The notes below the pieces were generated by a model that was given only the letters and a program-made list of their open reading frames with translations, made no database searches and had not been told where the DNA came from. This document shows, piece after piece, positions 9,768 to 20,150 of a stretch of 64,000 bases of DNA. Numbering within the stretch: position 1 is the first letter of the stretch; each line of letters starts with the position of its first letter. Both the position numbers and the translations under genes were made by a program. The DNA lies in the IMG/VR virus record IMGVR_UViG_3300037010_001227, positions 149,190 through 213,189 of that record; one strand, written 5' to 3'.

Positions 9768-10292
9768 ATGAAGACCCAGCCTATTAAGACATTTGAGTTT
9801 GTAGTTGCAATAACTTCAGAAGAACCAAAGAAGGTTGAAATACCTTCTATTACAGCACTAAGTAACCATCTTCAGTATCTGATTGATCATCAGGCTGGAA
9901 GTTGGATTGGTCAGGATTGGGTTCCTGAACAGTATTATAATCCACAGCTTGATTATTCAATTAAAGAACTTGAAAATTTCTTTAAGACTCAGGCTAATGT
10001 TATTGCAAAGTGTAAGGAAACTCAAGTTAAACTTGAGAAACTTTACAGTGACCTTTGTAGGGAAATTGAAGAAGAAAAAGAAGAAAAAGAATTCAAAATT
10101 GGTGATAGGGTTATTCGAAATTGTCCTCCTGTTGACATTGGACCATATAGCATCATGAACGGTGAAATTGGAACAATCGTAGCAATTTCACCTAATGTAA
10201 ATAATTGTTATCGTGTTATTTGGGATAGATTTCCAAAATTCAAATGTTCATATAGTAAAAATCATTTACTGAAATATGGAGGAGGTCGTTAA
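9768..10292 (+). CDS. Hypothetical protein (possible C-terminal SH3-like barrel)
   Basis: AGGAG SD; FKIGDRV...GEIGTIV pattern. Confidence 0.7.
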   Translation: MKTQPIKTFEFVVAITSEEPKKVEIPSITALSNHLQYLIDHQAGSWIGQDWVPEQYYNPQLDYSIKELENFFKTQANVIAKCKETQVKLEKLYSDLCREIEEEKEEKEFKIGDRVIRNCPPVDIGPYSIMNGEIGTIVAISPNVNNCYRVIWDRFPKFKCSYSKNHLLKYGGGR

Positions 10293-10846
10293 TGAGAATA
10301 ATGTTTGTTGGAAAAAAAAGAGCCGGAAAAGATATCGCCACTTCTTTCTTTAGAAGTCATTATGGTGGTTATACCGATAGTTTTGCGGCACCAATTTATG
10401 AGATTATGTATAGTATCCAAGATAAACTTGGTATTGCTCGTCACAAAGACAGAGACATTCTCAAGTTTGTTGGTGCTTTAGGCCGTGCAATTGATCCTAA
10501 TTTCTGGATTAATAAGCTGAAAGAACGAGTTTTTGAATCTGCTCACCGTAATGAGAATGTGTTTATTTCAGACGGTAGATTTGAAAATGAGTTGAATGAA
10601 ATGCGTAAGATGGGATTCATTCTTGTTAAAATTCATTGTTCGGATTCAATCAGAAAGAATCGGCTACTTCCAGAAGATGTAGTTAATGATGCTGATATCT
10701 CTGAAAACGGTTATCCTGCCGATTATCCTTTCGATATGGTAATTACTAATGAAGGGACTCTTGAAGAGTTTCACAACGCTCTTTGGGAACTCGGAAACAA
10801 AGTAACCAAGAATGAAATTAAGCCTAGAACAGTATTTGATTCCTGA
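10292..10846 (+). CDS. Deoxynucleoside monophosphate kinase
   Basis: N-terminal P-loop GKKRAGKD; FAAPI; ISDGRFENE; HxSE-like ISE; NEGTLEEF. Confidence 0.85.
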   Translation: MRIMFVGKKRAGKDIATSFFRSHYGGYTDSFAAPIYEIMYSIQDKLGIARHKDRDILKFVGALGRAIDPNFWINKLKERVFESAHRNENVFISDGRFENELNEMRKMGFILVKIHCSDSIRKNRLLPEDVVNDADISENGYPADYPFDMVITNEGTLEEFHNALWELGNKVTKNEIKPRTVFDS

Positions 10847-11225
10847 GCATAGATTTCCAATTCCATTTCATCCTTTCAAGGAATTGGAATGCTATCACTA
10901 CTACGATGGTCCTGTTTGTGCTCTCGTAGAAGATGGAAGACAAAAATATATTTCAATTTATTGGAATGAGAACAGAGAGGCTCAAACTCAAACATTTGTT
11001 TATTTTCCTACGGATGAAGTTACAACAGATGCCTTAGTCAATAATAAAATAACATTGCTAGAGTTTGAACTATCTGTTCCTTATATAATAGTAATACGAG
11101 AATACTTTAAAGATATTTATCCTTCAGCATGTTGGAAAGTATCTCCACTATTAGTAGATCCAAAAGAATTTGCGAGTCCAGGAGTATATATGTTTCTGGA
11201 GCCGCCAGCAGAGGAGAAACAATGA
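10812..11225 (+). CDS. Hypothetical protein
   Basis: ORF track; chained overlaps. Confidence 0.65.
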   Translation: MKLSLEQYLIPEHRFPIPFHPFKELECYHYYDGPVCALVEDGRQKYISIYWNENREAQTQTFVYFPTDEVTTDALVNNKITLLEFELSVPYIIVIREYFKDIYPSACWKVSPLLVDPKEFASPGVYMFLEPPAEEKQ

Positions 11226-11830
11226 ATCTAGTAGTAGAAAACATCGGTAAGGAACGGGCTTCTTATGTAATCGGTTTTGAAGGTCATATCAATGCTGAAA
11301 CTAAGGAACCTATTCATATTAGTAAGCGTAGTGTAGAAGTTCTAAAGCAGATGATTGATCTTGGTAACCAGTTTAATGCTGCAAAGCCAATGCTAGAAAA
11401 GGGTGTCTTTGATCGTCTAAAGGGTTTTCCCAATGGCGAAGATATTCTTCTCTATCTTGAAAACAATGGTATTGATGTGTTCGAGTATATCGAAACTGCA
11501 TCAAAGACCTTTGAAGATACCGTCAAGGCAAGTGGAAACACAGGTGAACGTGCAAAGAGGGGTCAGGGATATATTTCCAAATCTCAGAAGTTCGCTAATA
11601 ACAGTGTTGCTAAGTTAGCTTGTCTTCTAGCGCCTGCATCTAAGACTGGCACAGTATCAGACGAACAGCTAATTGCTGGTTTTGACGCTGCTGTTAAGAT
11701 GATGAGTGAAGTAACACAGGAAAACGCTGTAGCTATCGCTCGTAAGATTGCAGAAAAGACTGGCTTGGATAGTGATGGTAGAATAAGGCTTCGCGCAGAA
11801 AGTGTTAAAGAAGAAAATACTGAAGAGTAA
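11222..11830 (+). CDS. Hypothetical protein (track start 11129; ATG 11222 preferred)
   Basis: GAGGAG SD before ATG 11222; strong codon bias. Confidence 0.75.
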   Translation: MNLVVENIGKERASYVIGFEGHINAETKEPIHISKRSVEVLKQMIDLGNQFNAAKPMLEKGVFDRLKGFPNGEDILLYLENNGIDVFEYIETASKTFEDTVKASGNTGERAKRGQGYISKSQKFANNSVAKLACLLAPASKTGTVSDEQLIAGFDAAVKMMSEVTQENAVAIARKIAEKTGLDSDGRIRLRAESVKEENTEE

Positions 11831-12430
11831 GTTGTATTTTTAGTTTTGTGCTTCTTGCATTTTAACTTGATTTTCGGGAGAAATTTTTCTATTTTGTTCT
11901 TTAGCGATTTTAGATAATTTCTCCCGAGTTTACTTAGTGTGTAGTTTACCAGGAATCTGTTTGTGAGTATCTGACATTTTTCTGGTTTCTTCTAATATAG
12001 GTTCTCTTATTTTATTGGACTGACGAATTTTCTCTTTAGATTCGTCAGTCCAAACTCTATTTTATTCCATTCAATTAACCGTTGGCGAGCCTCTTCTGAA
12101 ATTGGATGAGGTTTGCCAGTAGCTAATATGGATTTAGCTTTTCGTTGTTCTTCAGTTAGTGGTGATTTCTTTATTACCAACCAGCCTGCTATTATACCCA
12201 TTGTTATAGGAATCAGAAATATCCATAGCACACTGTTCATAAAATAATAGATTTTTAAGTTCACAATATAGTAAAATTTCAAAAATAAAGTTAGCTTCGT
12301 CATGCTTATTCCAAGAGTTTTGTAATCTTGGTGAATAGTGGTTATCAGTTTAACTGGCCATACTAACAAGTTCGAAAGGTTACTATAGAACCTATATATA
12401 TAATTTTCCAGTTACTAAATTACGAAGTTG
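11831..12430 (-). pseudogene. GIY-YIG homing endonuclease with NUMOD3 repeats, frameshifted
   Basis: Manual minus-strand translation across frames: TGKLYI/YIGS, NHYSPRLQNSWNKHDEANFIFEILLYC, GYN, then NUMOD3-like repeats. Boundaries approximate. Confidence 0.8.
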
Positions 12431-12695
12431 ATACATATCTGATATCTGTGGTAGTGCTTTGCTTGTCATATATTTACTTGTGTGGATGAATACGACTACG
12501 ATACAGTGGACGCTACTATGACAAAAGTGTTCAAGGTCATTAAACGTTACAGTTGGTAAAGTTGCTGGACAGGGTGGAATTTCTGACCTAGTCCTGTAAA
12601 TAAGACTTTAGAAAAGTGCCTTTCGACCCGATTACATAGTAAGCCGGCTGATTTAAAACAAAACAATCCCACCCAGTCACGCAAAAATTGACCCT

Positions 12696-12719
12696 TGCCT
12701 CTCTTTTGAGGCATTTTTT
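12696..12719 (+). terminator. Rho-independent terminator-like hairpin
   Basis: TGCCTC-tctttt-GAGGCA followed by T6. Confidence 0.6.
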
Positions 12720-13247
12720 ATGTTTGGAGTTTTTGAAATGAAAATTGCGGGCATGTATCAGTTTGATAATATTCATAATGTTTATGTTAATGTTACACAG
12801 CCAATTGTAATGCTAAGTAATTTACCAGCTTCTATCAAACGTGGATTTGAAGCAGCTCTTGTGGCATCTAATCATTCTGATGGATTGCAAAGAAGATTGA
12901 GAATGGGAGCTGCTATTTATGCTGGCTCCAGACTTTTGAGTATAGGCTTCAATCAGTATCAGAAAACAAAGCCAGGAAATAAGTTCTTCAAAGTTGGAGA
13001 AAATGGTGTGGTCAAAGAGTTTCTAAAGACCATTCATGCTGAACAAAATGCATTGATTAAAATCAGGCATAGAGATTATAGTAACAACAAACTCAGTATG
13101 TATATTTATAGATCTGATTCAAATGGAAATCCTGCTACATCAGCACCATGTCCATTATGTCAAGCTGATATTAAAAAAGCTGGTATAGCTAAAGTTTATT
13201 TTATAGCTCCTGGTGGATATCTTGGTTATTGGAATACTGGTATTTAG
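12720..13247 (+). CDS. Cytidine/dCMP deaminase-like Zn protein (likely start ATG 12738)
   Basis: HAEQNAL and PCPLC Zn-binding motifs. Confidence 0.85.
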   Translation: MFGVFEMKIAGMYQFDNIHNVYVNVTQPIVMLSNLPASIKRGFEAALVASNHSDGLQRRLRMGAAIYAGSRLLSIGFNQYQKTKPGNKFFKVGENGVVKEFLKTIHAEQNALIKIRHRDYSNNKLSMYIYRSDSNGNPATSAPCPLCQADIKKAGIAKVYFIAPGGYLGYWNTGI

Positions 13248-13511
13248 TATCTCTTTTTATATACCTACTAAATAATCGTATTTACCACATACTAGCTAAC
13301 GTAATTTGTATTTCTTTATCTAAAGTATTTTATAAAATACACTAAATTGTGTTTATTTCTACCATTTATTTTATTTGTTTCATTCCAGTATACATAGTTT
13401 TTGCATAGTTATACTTATTATCAGAGATAATAATAAATTTATTAATAGCTTCTATTTGCATAAGTCGTTTAGGCTAATATACGCTATGTATCAGACTATA
13501 CAGGATACCAG

Positions 13512-14138
13512 ATGAGAATCTCCGCTAAGGAATATATTAAGCAGTATAGAAGTGGTTGCGAAGATTACATTATGCAGTTTTTCGGAAATAGAGAAGAACT
13601 AGTAATTGAGGGTGGTTTCCTTAAATGGGAACAGGATGCTTCTCAATGGGCTGGGCCTTGGATGGGAAATTTTGTTCTGTATGTAGTTTCTGATTTCAGA
13701 CAAACCAGACTGCCGAAAGAAGAAGAACTTAAAACTAAATATTCCGAATACGTAATGGCTAATATAGATTCGTATCCACAGGATGTTGTTAGTAAGTGTT
13801 TTACTGAAGATCAATTTACCTGTTTCGTAGATGGTAAGAAATGGATAAGAACACAATTAACACTGGATGAACGAAGAGAGATTGTGGCAAATCTCTCCAG
13901 ACAGGAAGTTATGGATCTGAGTTTATCTATTAGAACTCAGATAAATCATTTCAATACAGTTGAAATATTGGGAGATGTTTGTAAAGAGCGTCCTTTTAAG
14001 TTGTATCTTTGCGGAAACAATGATACAGCATATTCTAAAACTTTTGCTACAAAGGAAGAAGCACTCTCAATGTTAGCCAAACTAGAACAAACTTCTAGTT
14101 GGGATATCATCTTTAACTATTTTGTATTCACTAAGTAG
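13512..14138 (+). CDS. Hypothetical protein
   Basis: 208-aa ORF with AGGA SD. Confidence 0.75.
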   Translation: MRISAKEYIKQYRSGCEDYIMQFFGNREELVIEGGFLKWEQDASQWAGPWMGNFVLYVVSDFRQTRLPKEEELKTKYSEYVMANIDSYPQDVVSKCFTEDQFTCFVDGKKWIRTQLTLDERREIVANLSRQEVMDLSLSIRTQINHFNTVEILGDVCKERPFKLYLCGNNDTAYSKTFATKEEALSMLAKLEQTSSWDIIFNYFVFTK

Positions 14139-14372
14139 AAGCATTTATGACCAGTGCTGATGCACGATTCAAACACGATTCAAACACGATGAACTAATGT
14201 TTCGATTATTTATCAAACGAGACAATAATACAATAATACAATAACTCAAGAAGAAAATAAAAATCTTCTAGAATAAATGGATAATCTATGGTATGATCTA
14301 TCTGAAGATGAACTGGATAAAGTTAATGCCTTAGTAAGGTAGACCGTAAACAACTATGAATTAAAGGAACCT

Positions 14373-14804
14373 ATGATGGGACGGAAAGCGTATAGAGCAG
14401 TAGATTTAGACGGAACTCTAGCATATTATACTAAATATGCTGGAGCTACTGTTATAGGAAAACCTATTGAACCAATGTTAGCTCAGGTAAAGAAGTGGCT
14501 TGAAAACGGTGATAGAGTGGCTATTTTCACGTCAAGAGTAGATCCTTCAGCAAAAGACCATAGAGAAGCTACTCTTGCTGTTGAACATTGGTGTAAAATT
14601 CATATTGGGCGCATTCTTCTTGTTACTGCTGTAAAGTCAAAAGATTTTACACATTTCTATGATGATCGAGCACAACAGGTTATCAAGAACAAAGGTATTA
14701 TAGTAGAATCACCCAACTTTGACGAAATAATTACTGACATTAATGATAATGGAAACCGTGCCGAAAGTATTCGTGTAGCTGGAGGATTAAATGGCAACTT
14801 CTAA
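14373..14804 (+). CDS. HAD-superfamily phosphatase (PNKP-phosphatase-like)
   Basis: VDLDGT, IFTSR, K, FYDDR motifs. Confidence 0.8.
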   Translation: MMGRKAYRAVDLDGTLAYYTKYAGATVIGKPIEPMLAQVKKWLENGDRVAIFTSRVDPSAKDHREATLAVEHWCKIHIGRILLVTAVKSKDFTHFYDDRAQQVIKNKGIIVESPNFDEIITDINDNGNRAESIRVAGGLNGNF

Positions 14805-15218
14805 GTATTATGGATATTGAGAATGTAAGGCATGAAGAAAGATTTCTGTCTTACTCCTAAATTTGAATTGACAGATAATCAGGTTCTTTATGTGGATTAT
14901 TCAGGGCATGCTGTTGTTATGGACTTGAAGGCTAGTGGTCACCAGATACAATTGATTGGCATCAAATAGCAATGAAACCTGTATGCTATTTTACTCCACA
15001 AGAACTTGTAGATTTGGCCAGACAGCGTATTAATTAAGGAGTGACATGAAAATCATACACTATCAAAACATAAATCCCATTATTTCTTACTTTACTGCAT
15101 GGGTCTTAGCTCTTATATTTATGATGAGTTTTGGCTCTGCTAGTTTTTATCATGCTTTTGCTACTATTGTTGCGGCCCAGTTTATTATTTGGGCTAATGA
15201 CATCTTAAAGGGTGTTTA

Positions 15219-15452
15219 ATGAAATTTACAACTGAAAATTCTGCTTATGAGGTGAATTTAGTAAATAAGGAAATTAGACGTTTAAAAGGATCTAGTGATC
15301 CTACTCCACGACAAGGTGAAGATGGTGTATGGAAGAAATACGAAGATATTTCTAAAGTAAGACCTGGGGAACCTGTTATAATTATCTGGCCTCCAGATAA
15401 AGGTTTAGCAAAAACTACTGTAACTTCAGCAGTTGTTAAAATAGGAGTGTAA
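15219..15452 (+). CDS. Hypothetical protein
   Basis: ORF; F.T.NS.YE N-terminus seen in small phage proteins. Confidence 0.65.
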   Translation: MKFTTENSAYEVNLVNKEIRRLKGSSDPTPRQGEDGVWKKYEDISKVRPGEPVIIIWPPDKGLAKTTVTSAVVKIGV

Positions 15453-15674
15453 ATGGCTATATTAAAAGGGATTAGAAGCATCTCTGATGTTTACAGGGAT
15501 ATGGATCTTTTAGTAAATATCACTGATGGTAGTGAAGCTTATCATAAAGAGGCAGATGAATTGGTGTGTGAGTTGTTGAGAATCGTTTCTCATTCTAGTT
15601 CCAATAAAACAGCGATGCTAACAATTGCAGACAACTATAGAAAAATCATCACTTATCATGAGAGGTTTAAGTGA
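15453..15674 (+). CDS. Hypothetical protein
   Basis: AGGAG SD; abuts the previous ORF. Confidence 0.65.
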   Translation: MAILKGIRSISDVYRDMDLLVNITDGSEAYHKEADELVCELLRIVSHSSSNKTAMLTIADNYRKIITYHERFK

Positions 15675-15959
15675 AACCTTTAAAGTTTCCATACTAAGCT
15701 AAACTTGTATTTCCATTCAACTTAGAGCCACATTATAGACATGGATATCCCTTTTCTGAAGGTGATATTGTCTGTGTACTAGGAGAACTTACTGGAATGG
15801 ATGGACATTATGTTATTGCTTTAAATACAGATAGAGTAGTATTTGGTTTTTCATAGTGATTTCTAGAACCTAGTGATGATAAAACACCAAAGGATATGCT
15901 GTGAAATTACCATTTTGAGCCATATCTACCTAATTCCCATCCTTGCTGAATATAAACAT

Positions 15960-16550
15960 CAATATCTTCTAGTTTAACCATTTTAGCACATTGAAGTTGC
16001 TTATTATGAACATATTTTTACCATAACTTCCATTTCCAGCTCCAGTTCGTAAAATAGCTAATTTAGCTTTAGTTTCTTTTGATTTAGGTCCAAATTTTCT
16101 ATCTTTTATTCAAATAAACTGATAATTCTGTATTTCTAATTCTAATTGAGTTACCATTTTTAGTTACCCAGCAAGTTCCTTTAGATCTTAGATTATCTTC
16201 ATTTTAAGATTTACTCCCTAGTTCTTTAGTTTGTTGTGAACATTTTCTACATAAGTGAACTTGTCATAATAGAGCAACTCGTAAAGAACATGCTTTATTA
16301 TAATCTTCTGTTAGAATAATAGTATCAGGAGTTCTTCCAAGATTAAAACACGACCATGCAAAGGTAGTTTAGGATTCGTTTTGTCACATCGCCATAGTAA
16401 CCAATGGGCTATAAAATGATTTTTAGTAGATAATAATTTGTTATTCCAAGGATTAGCTTTTAATGATTTTATATTCTGGAAATAACCATTTTGGTAAAAC
16501 GTGGTGTTTCTCATATTTTATTTTGGTGATTCACAAATAAGTATAAAATT
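15960..16550 (-). pseudogene. HNH homing endonuclease with NUMOD3, fragmented
   Basis: NPWNNKLLSTKNHFIAHWLLWR (Mob-like HNH end); KFGPKSKETKAKLA NUMOD3 in another frame. Boundaries approximate. Confidence 0.7.
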
Positions 16551-16604
16551 AGTATACTCATCTATAGTAGATTGATCTGGATGTTTTAATTTTGCTGTTA
16601 AGGT

Positions 16605-18107
16605 TTGTTTCATATATTTATTAATTGGAGTCTAATGATGGTAAATATTCCTAAAGTTCTTAATGAAAATTATTGTGCGAGAGTAGTAGAAATTGAAAAA
16701 ATTGTAGCTCTTCCCAATCGGGATAAGATTGTTGGAGCTTTGATTTTTGGCAACCAAGTTATTGTCAGTAAAGATACCAAGGTAGGTGATGTTGGTATCT
16801 TCTTTCCAGTAGAAACTGCACTCTCTGCCGAGTTTATGGCTTTCAACAATTTACATCAAGACAATACCCTTAACAACGATCCTTCTAAGAAAGGATTTTT
16901 TGGTTCTAAGGGACGTGTAAAGTGTCAGAAGTTCGGTGGTCATAAATCTGAAGGTTTCTTTATCCCTCTTGATTCTCTTGAGTATGTGTTTCATGCTCAA
17001 ATTACAAAAGATGATCTTCCAGTTGGAACCAAGTTTGAAATACTGGATGGTAAAGAAATCTGTAAGAAGTATGTGATTAAAGACTCTCGAACTCCAAGAG
17101 AACCTGGATCTAAGCAGAAGAAATCTGTTAAACTGAGTCGTCTTGTAGATAATCAGTTCAGACTACATTTTGATACCTTAAATCTTCGGATGAATGCTCA
17201 TAAGCTAAATCCGAATGACTATATCAGTATTTCCAGTAAGTATCATGGAACTTCTTGGGTCGTAGGTAAGGTGTTAGTAAAAGACCCAATCTGGCAACAT
17301 ACTCTTGCTATGAAGATTACTGGTATTGATCTTTACAAGAACAAGAAGATAGCAAAATATCTTAAGTATTTGATTAAGCCAGCTGAAAAGTTTCAGAACT
17401 ATCTGATTGGAACTCTACTAAATGTAGACAACAATTCAAAGCCTTTTTATGATGTGATTTGGTCTTCTCGTAAGGTAGTTAAAAATGCCTTTGCCAATCC
17501 TAATCCAGTTCATTACTACGGTATGGATATCTGGGGTGAAATTGCAGAACATGTGAAAGATCATATTCCTGCCGGTATCACTCTTTACGGTGAGTGTGTT
17601 GGTTATCTCCCTAATGGATCAGCAATTCAGTCAAGTGAAGGTAAGTGTTTTGACTATGGTTGTGAACCAGGAACTTATAAACTCATCGTATATCGTATTA
17701 CTTCTACGAATGCAGAAGGTAAAGTATTTGAGTTCTCTTGGCCACAAATTCTTGAGTTCTGCAATAGGATAAGCCCCTATATTGGTTCTGGAACTTGTGT
17801 AGGTCTTGAAACTCCTAATACTTACTATTACGGTAAGGCTAAGGATTATGCACCACAGATTCCAATTGAAACTCATTGGAATGAAAACTTCCTTGCCAAA
17901 CTTGAGAAAGATTTTATGAAAGATGCCGATTGTCCTTTCTGTAAAAATGTAGTTCCTGAAGAGGGAATTATCATTTCTAAAGAAACTCTCTACGAGAGGG
18001 AATCTTTCAAACTTAAGAACTTTAGATTCCTTAATAAAGAATCTGAAGAACTTGATAAGGAAGTAGTTGATATTGAAACTTCTCAATCTGAAGAAGACCC
18101 TGTGTAG
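16605..18107 (+). CDS. RNA ligase, Rnl2/DRB0094-like, with N-terminal OB/tRNA-binding domain (likely start ATG 16635/16638)
   Basis: SKYHGTS (motif I KxxG), TLYGE, EEGIII, FKLKN; N-terminal VALPNRDKI...VIVSK. Confidence 0.85.
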   Translation: MFHIFINWSLMMVNIPKVLNENYCARVVEIEKIVALPNRDKIVGALIFGNQVIVSKDTKVGDVGIFFPVETALSAEFMAFNNLHQDNTLNNDPSKKGFFGSKGRVKCQKFGGHKSEGFFIPLDSLEYVFHAQITKDDLPVGTKFEILDGKEICKKYVIKDSRTPREPGSKQKKSVKLSRLVDNQFRLHFDTLNLRMNAHKLNPNDYISISSKYHGTSWVVGKVLVKDPIWQHTLAMKITGIDLYKNKKIAKYLKYLIKPAEKFQNYLIGTLLNVDNNSKPFYDVIWSSRKVVKNAFANPNPVHYYGMDIWGEIAEHVKDHIPAGITLYGECVGYLPNGSAIQSSEGKCFDYGCEPGTYKLIVYRITSTNAEGKVFEFSWPQILEFCNRISPYIGSGTCVGLETPNTYYYGKAKDYAPQIPIETHWNENFLAKLEKDFMKDADCPFCKNVVPEEGIIISKETLYERESFKLKNFRFLNKESEELDKEVVDIETSQSEEDPV

Positions 18108-18120
18108 GAATAATGCAGCT

Positions 18121-18184
18121 AATATTATTAATAATACTAAGTATACTAGTATTAGTACAAGTATTTTGTATTATTAATAATATT
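18121..18184. repeat. 17-bp perfect inverted repeat (AATATTATTAATAATAC), 30-nt spacer
   Basis: Arms 18121-18137 and 18168-18184 are exact reverse complements. Confidence 0.8.
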
Positions 18185-18614
18185 TAAAATTTATTGGATA
18201 TATAAAAAGAGTAGCTCTGATTTGGTCAAAGTATACCAAACTCTGGAAATATAACAAAATGTTATTTCATTTTTGGATCTGGGATGTAGAGAAATGAAAG
18301 ATGAGTAATAATTGCACCGGCCGTATAAACTTCCTCAAGTTCAAATTAGATCGTGGGGAAGTTTATGCAATTTGTAAGTTTTATGATTGCAGGCCGAAAG
18401 TGATCGTGGGTCATAACTGTGAACATTTTCTTCCAGTACATTAACTAAAACGTATTAAATGAAAGTTGAAAGGTGCATTGAAAGAGTCACTATAGGTTAC
18501 AAAAAAAATCGTGGTTCTTAGAATTGCCTAATTTTACTGCTATTATGACTCCATGGAAATCTGAATTAGTTTAGGCAGGAAAATTTGATCAAGTATATCT
18601 TGATCAAGTAAGAG

Positions 18615-18800
18615 ATGATAGTCTTCCAGGTATGCCTCGAAGGAGTTATAGGAAACTCATTTAATGGTGAATATATGTTCAAATATAAGTGTCAGAGATG
18701 GTATGATGCTTTGAAAGAACATTGTAGTGAAAATCAAGGTATTTACAATGTCCTAAAAATAGGAGGATTAAATGAAGACAAGAACAGGCTTTGTAAGTAA
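18615..18800 (+). CDS. Hypothetical protein
   Basis: ORF track; short. Confidence 0.45.
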   Translation: MIVFQVCLEGVIGNSFNGEYMFKYKCQRWYDALKEHCSENQGIYNVLKIGGLNEDKNRLCK

Positions 18801-19410
18801 TAGTTCTTCAAGTTCTTTCATTCTTGACTTTGGAAAGTTTATAACAAAAGCTGAGGATCTGTATCCTTTTATTACAATTCCAAATGAAGATCAAGAACTA
18901 TGGAGAGGTTCTGATTATGTAGAACCAACTATAGAACGAGTAGCAGAATACATGTTTGCTGAAATGAAGCTGGTTAATAAACCTAGGCTTTTAAAACTCT
19001 TGGAACAAGAGTTTGATCCAGAACAGTTTATTGAGACTGAAGAAGAAAAAGACAGGTATGCATGGGCTTGTGATGCTAGATGGAATGCTAGAGATGAACT
19101 CCTCGCCCCATTACTTGATAAATTTGGTCTTAACGGTGAATATGAAATTACTAGAGGACCAATTATAAATCTTCAGATGTTCAACCTCGCGTATGGTCCA
19201 ATTCAACTTCAACTAAATAATATTTTAAAAGAAGCTAATGAAGTTAAAGCTATGATATTAGATAAATACATTCCAATAGCATTAGCTAAAATTGGCGATT
19301 CTGAACATATTTACGAAGCAAAATTTGAAGACCATGACGTGATAGGTAGCATGCTTGAACATGATGGACTATTAGATAAGTTCACTATCATGAGATTTAG
19401 TCACCACTAG
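18772..19410 (+). CDS. FVSNSSSSSF-motif protein 1
   Basis: Starts MKTRTGFVSNSSSSSF; GGAGG SD. Confidence 0.9.
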   Translation: MKTRTGFVSNSSSSSFILDFGKFITKAEDLYPFITIPNEDQELWRGSDYVEPTIERVAEYMFAEMKLVNKPRLLKLLEQEFDPEQFIETEEEKDRYAWACDARWNARDELLAPLLDKFGLNGEYEITRGPIINLQMFNLAYGPIQLQLNNILKEANEVKAMILDKYIPIALAKIGDSEHIYEAKFEDHDVIGSMLEHDGLLDKFTIMRFSHH

Positions 19411-19737
19411 TGAAAACAAGAACTGGTTTTGTGAGCAATTCAAGCTCAAGTAGTTTTGTTATTACTACAAAAGAACCATTAAGTAAACAACACCTTTTGG
19501 AGTTATTTAAAGTTCCTGTAGAGTCTCCTTTATACTATTTTGTTGAAGAAATGGCAGAATGGTTTGAGCGATATTCTGAACAGGTTACAGTAAAACATGA
19601 GCATTGTTAACAAGAAGTTGATTTACGTTGGTTCTGCTTCAGATGATGCTTATGAAGAAATTGAATTATCTATTTGTTCAATGACTATTAATCATATTAG
19701 TGCCGATTTTTCTATTAAGAAAGATGGTAACTACTAA
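19410..19737 (+). pseudogene. FVSNSSSSSF-motif protein 2, apparently frameshifted near 19590-19610
   Basis: GTG start overlaps the upstream TAG. ORF stops at 19610, but another frame continues SIVNKKLIYVGSASDD...KDGNY* to a TAA overlapping the next ATG at 19737. Confidence 0.7.
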
Positions 19738-20150
19738 TGAAGATTCGAAAAGGTTTCGTAAGTAACAGTTCAAGTTCAAGTTTCTGTATTTACGGAACTA
19801 GCGTTGATTCACTAAGTGAAATTACTGGAGTATCAGTACAAGAGATTAATGAGAAACGAAAACAAAAGTTTCTAGAGGGTTACGGGAAGCAGCATCCAGA
19901 GCTAGTTCCACAATCTGATGAAGAATGGCAAGAATACTTTGATGAAGATTGTGACTATGCTGATTATGTCAGCGGAACTGGCTTAGAAATCTACAGTAAG
20001 GATGGTTACGAGTATTACATTGGTAAGTCTTGGCATCTTATTGGAGATGATGAGACTGGTAAAGAGTTTAAAGCTGCTGTTGAGGCTAAGGTTAAAACTC
20101 TTATTCCTAAAGCTAAATGTGAAACTTACTTTGAGGAGTATTACTGCTAA
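19737..20150 (+). CDS. FVSNSSSSSF-motif protein 3
   Basis: MKIRKGFVSNSSSSSFCIYG; TAATG coupling. Confidence 0.9.
   Translation: MKIRKGFVSNSSSSSFCIYGTSVDSLSEITGVSVQEINEKRKQKFLEGYGKQHPELVPQSDEEWQEYFDEDCDYADYVSGTGLEIYSKDGYEYYIGKSWHLIGDDETGKEFKAAVEAKVKTLIPKAKCETYFEEYYC

Noticed and set aside
12007-12369. 120-aa minus-strand ORF as a membrane protein
   Set aside because: Its hydrophobic part is an off-frame reading of a frameshifted GIY-YIG gene.
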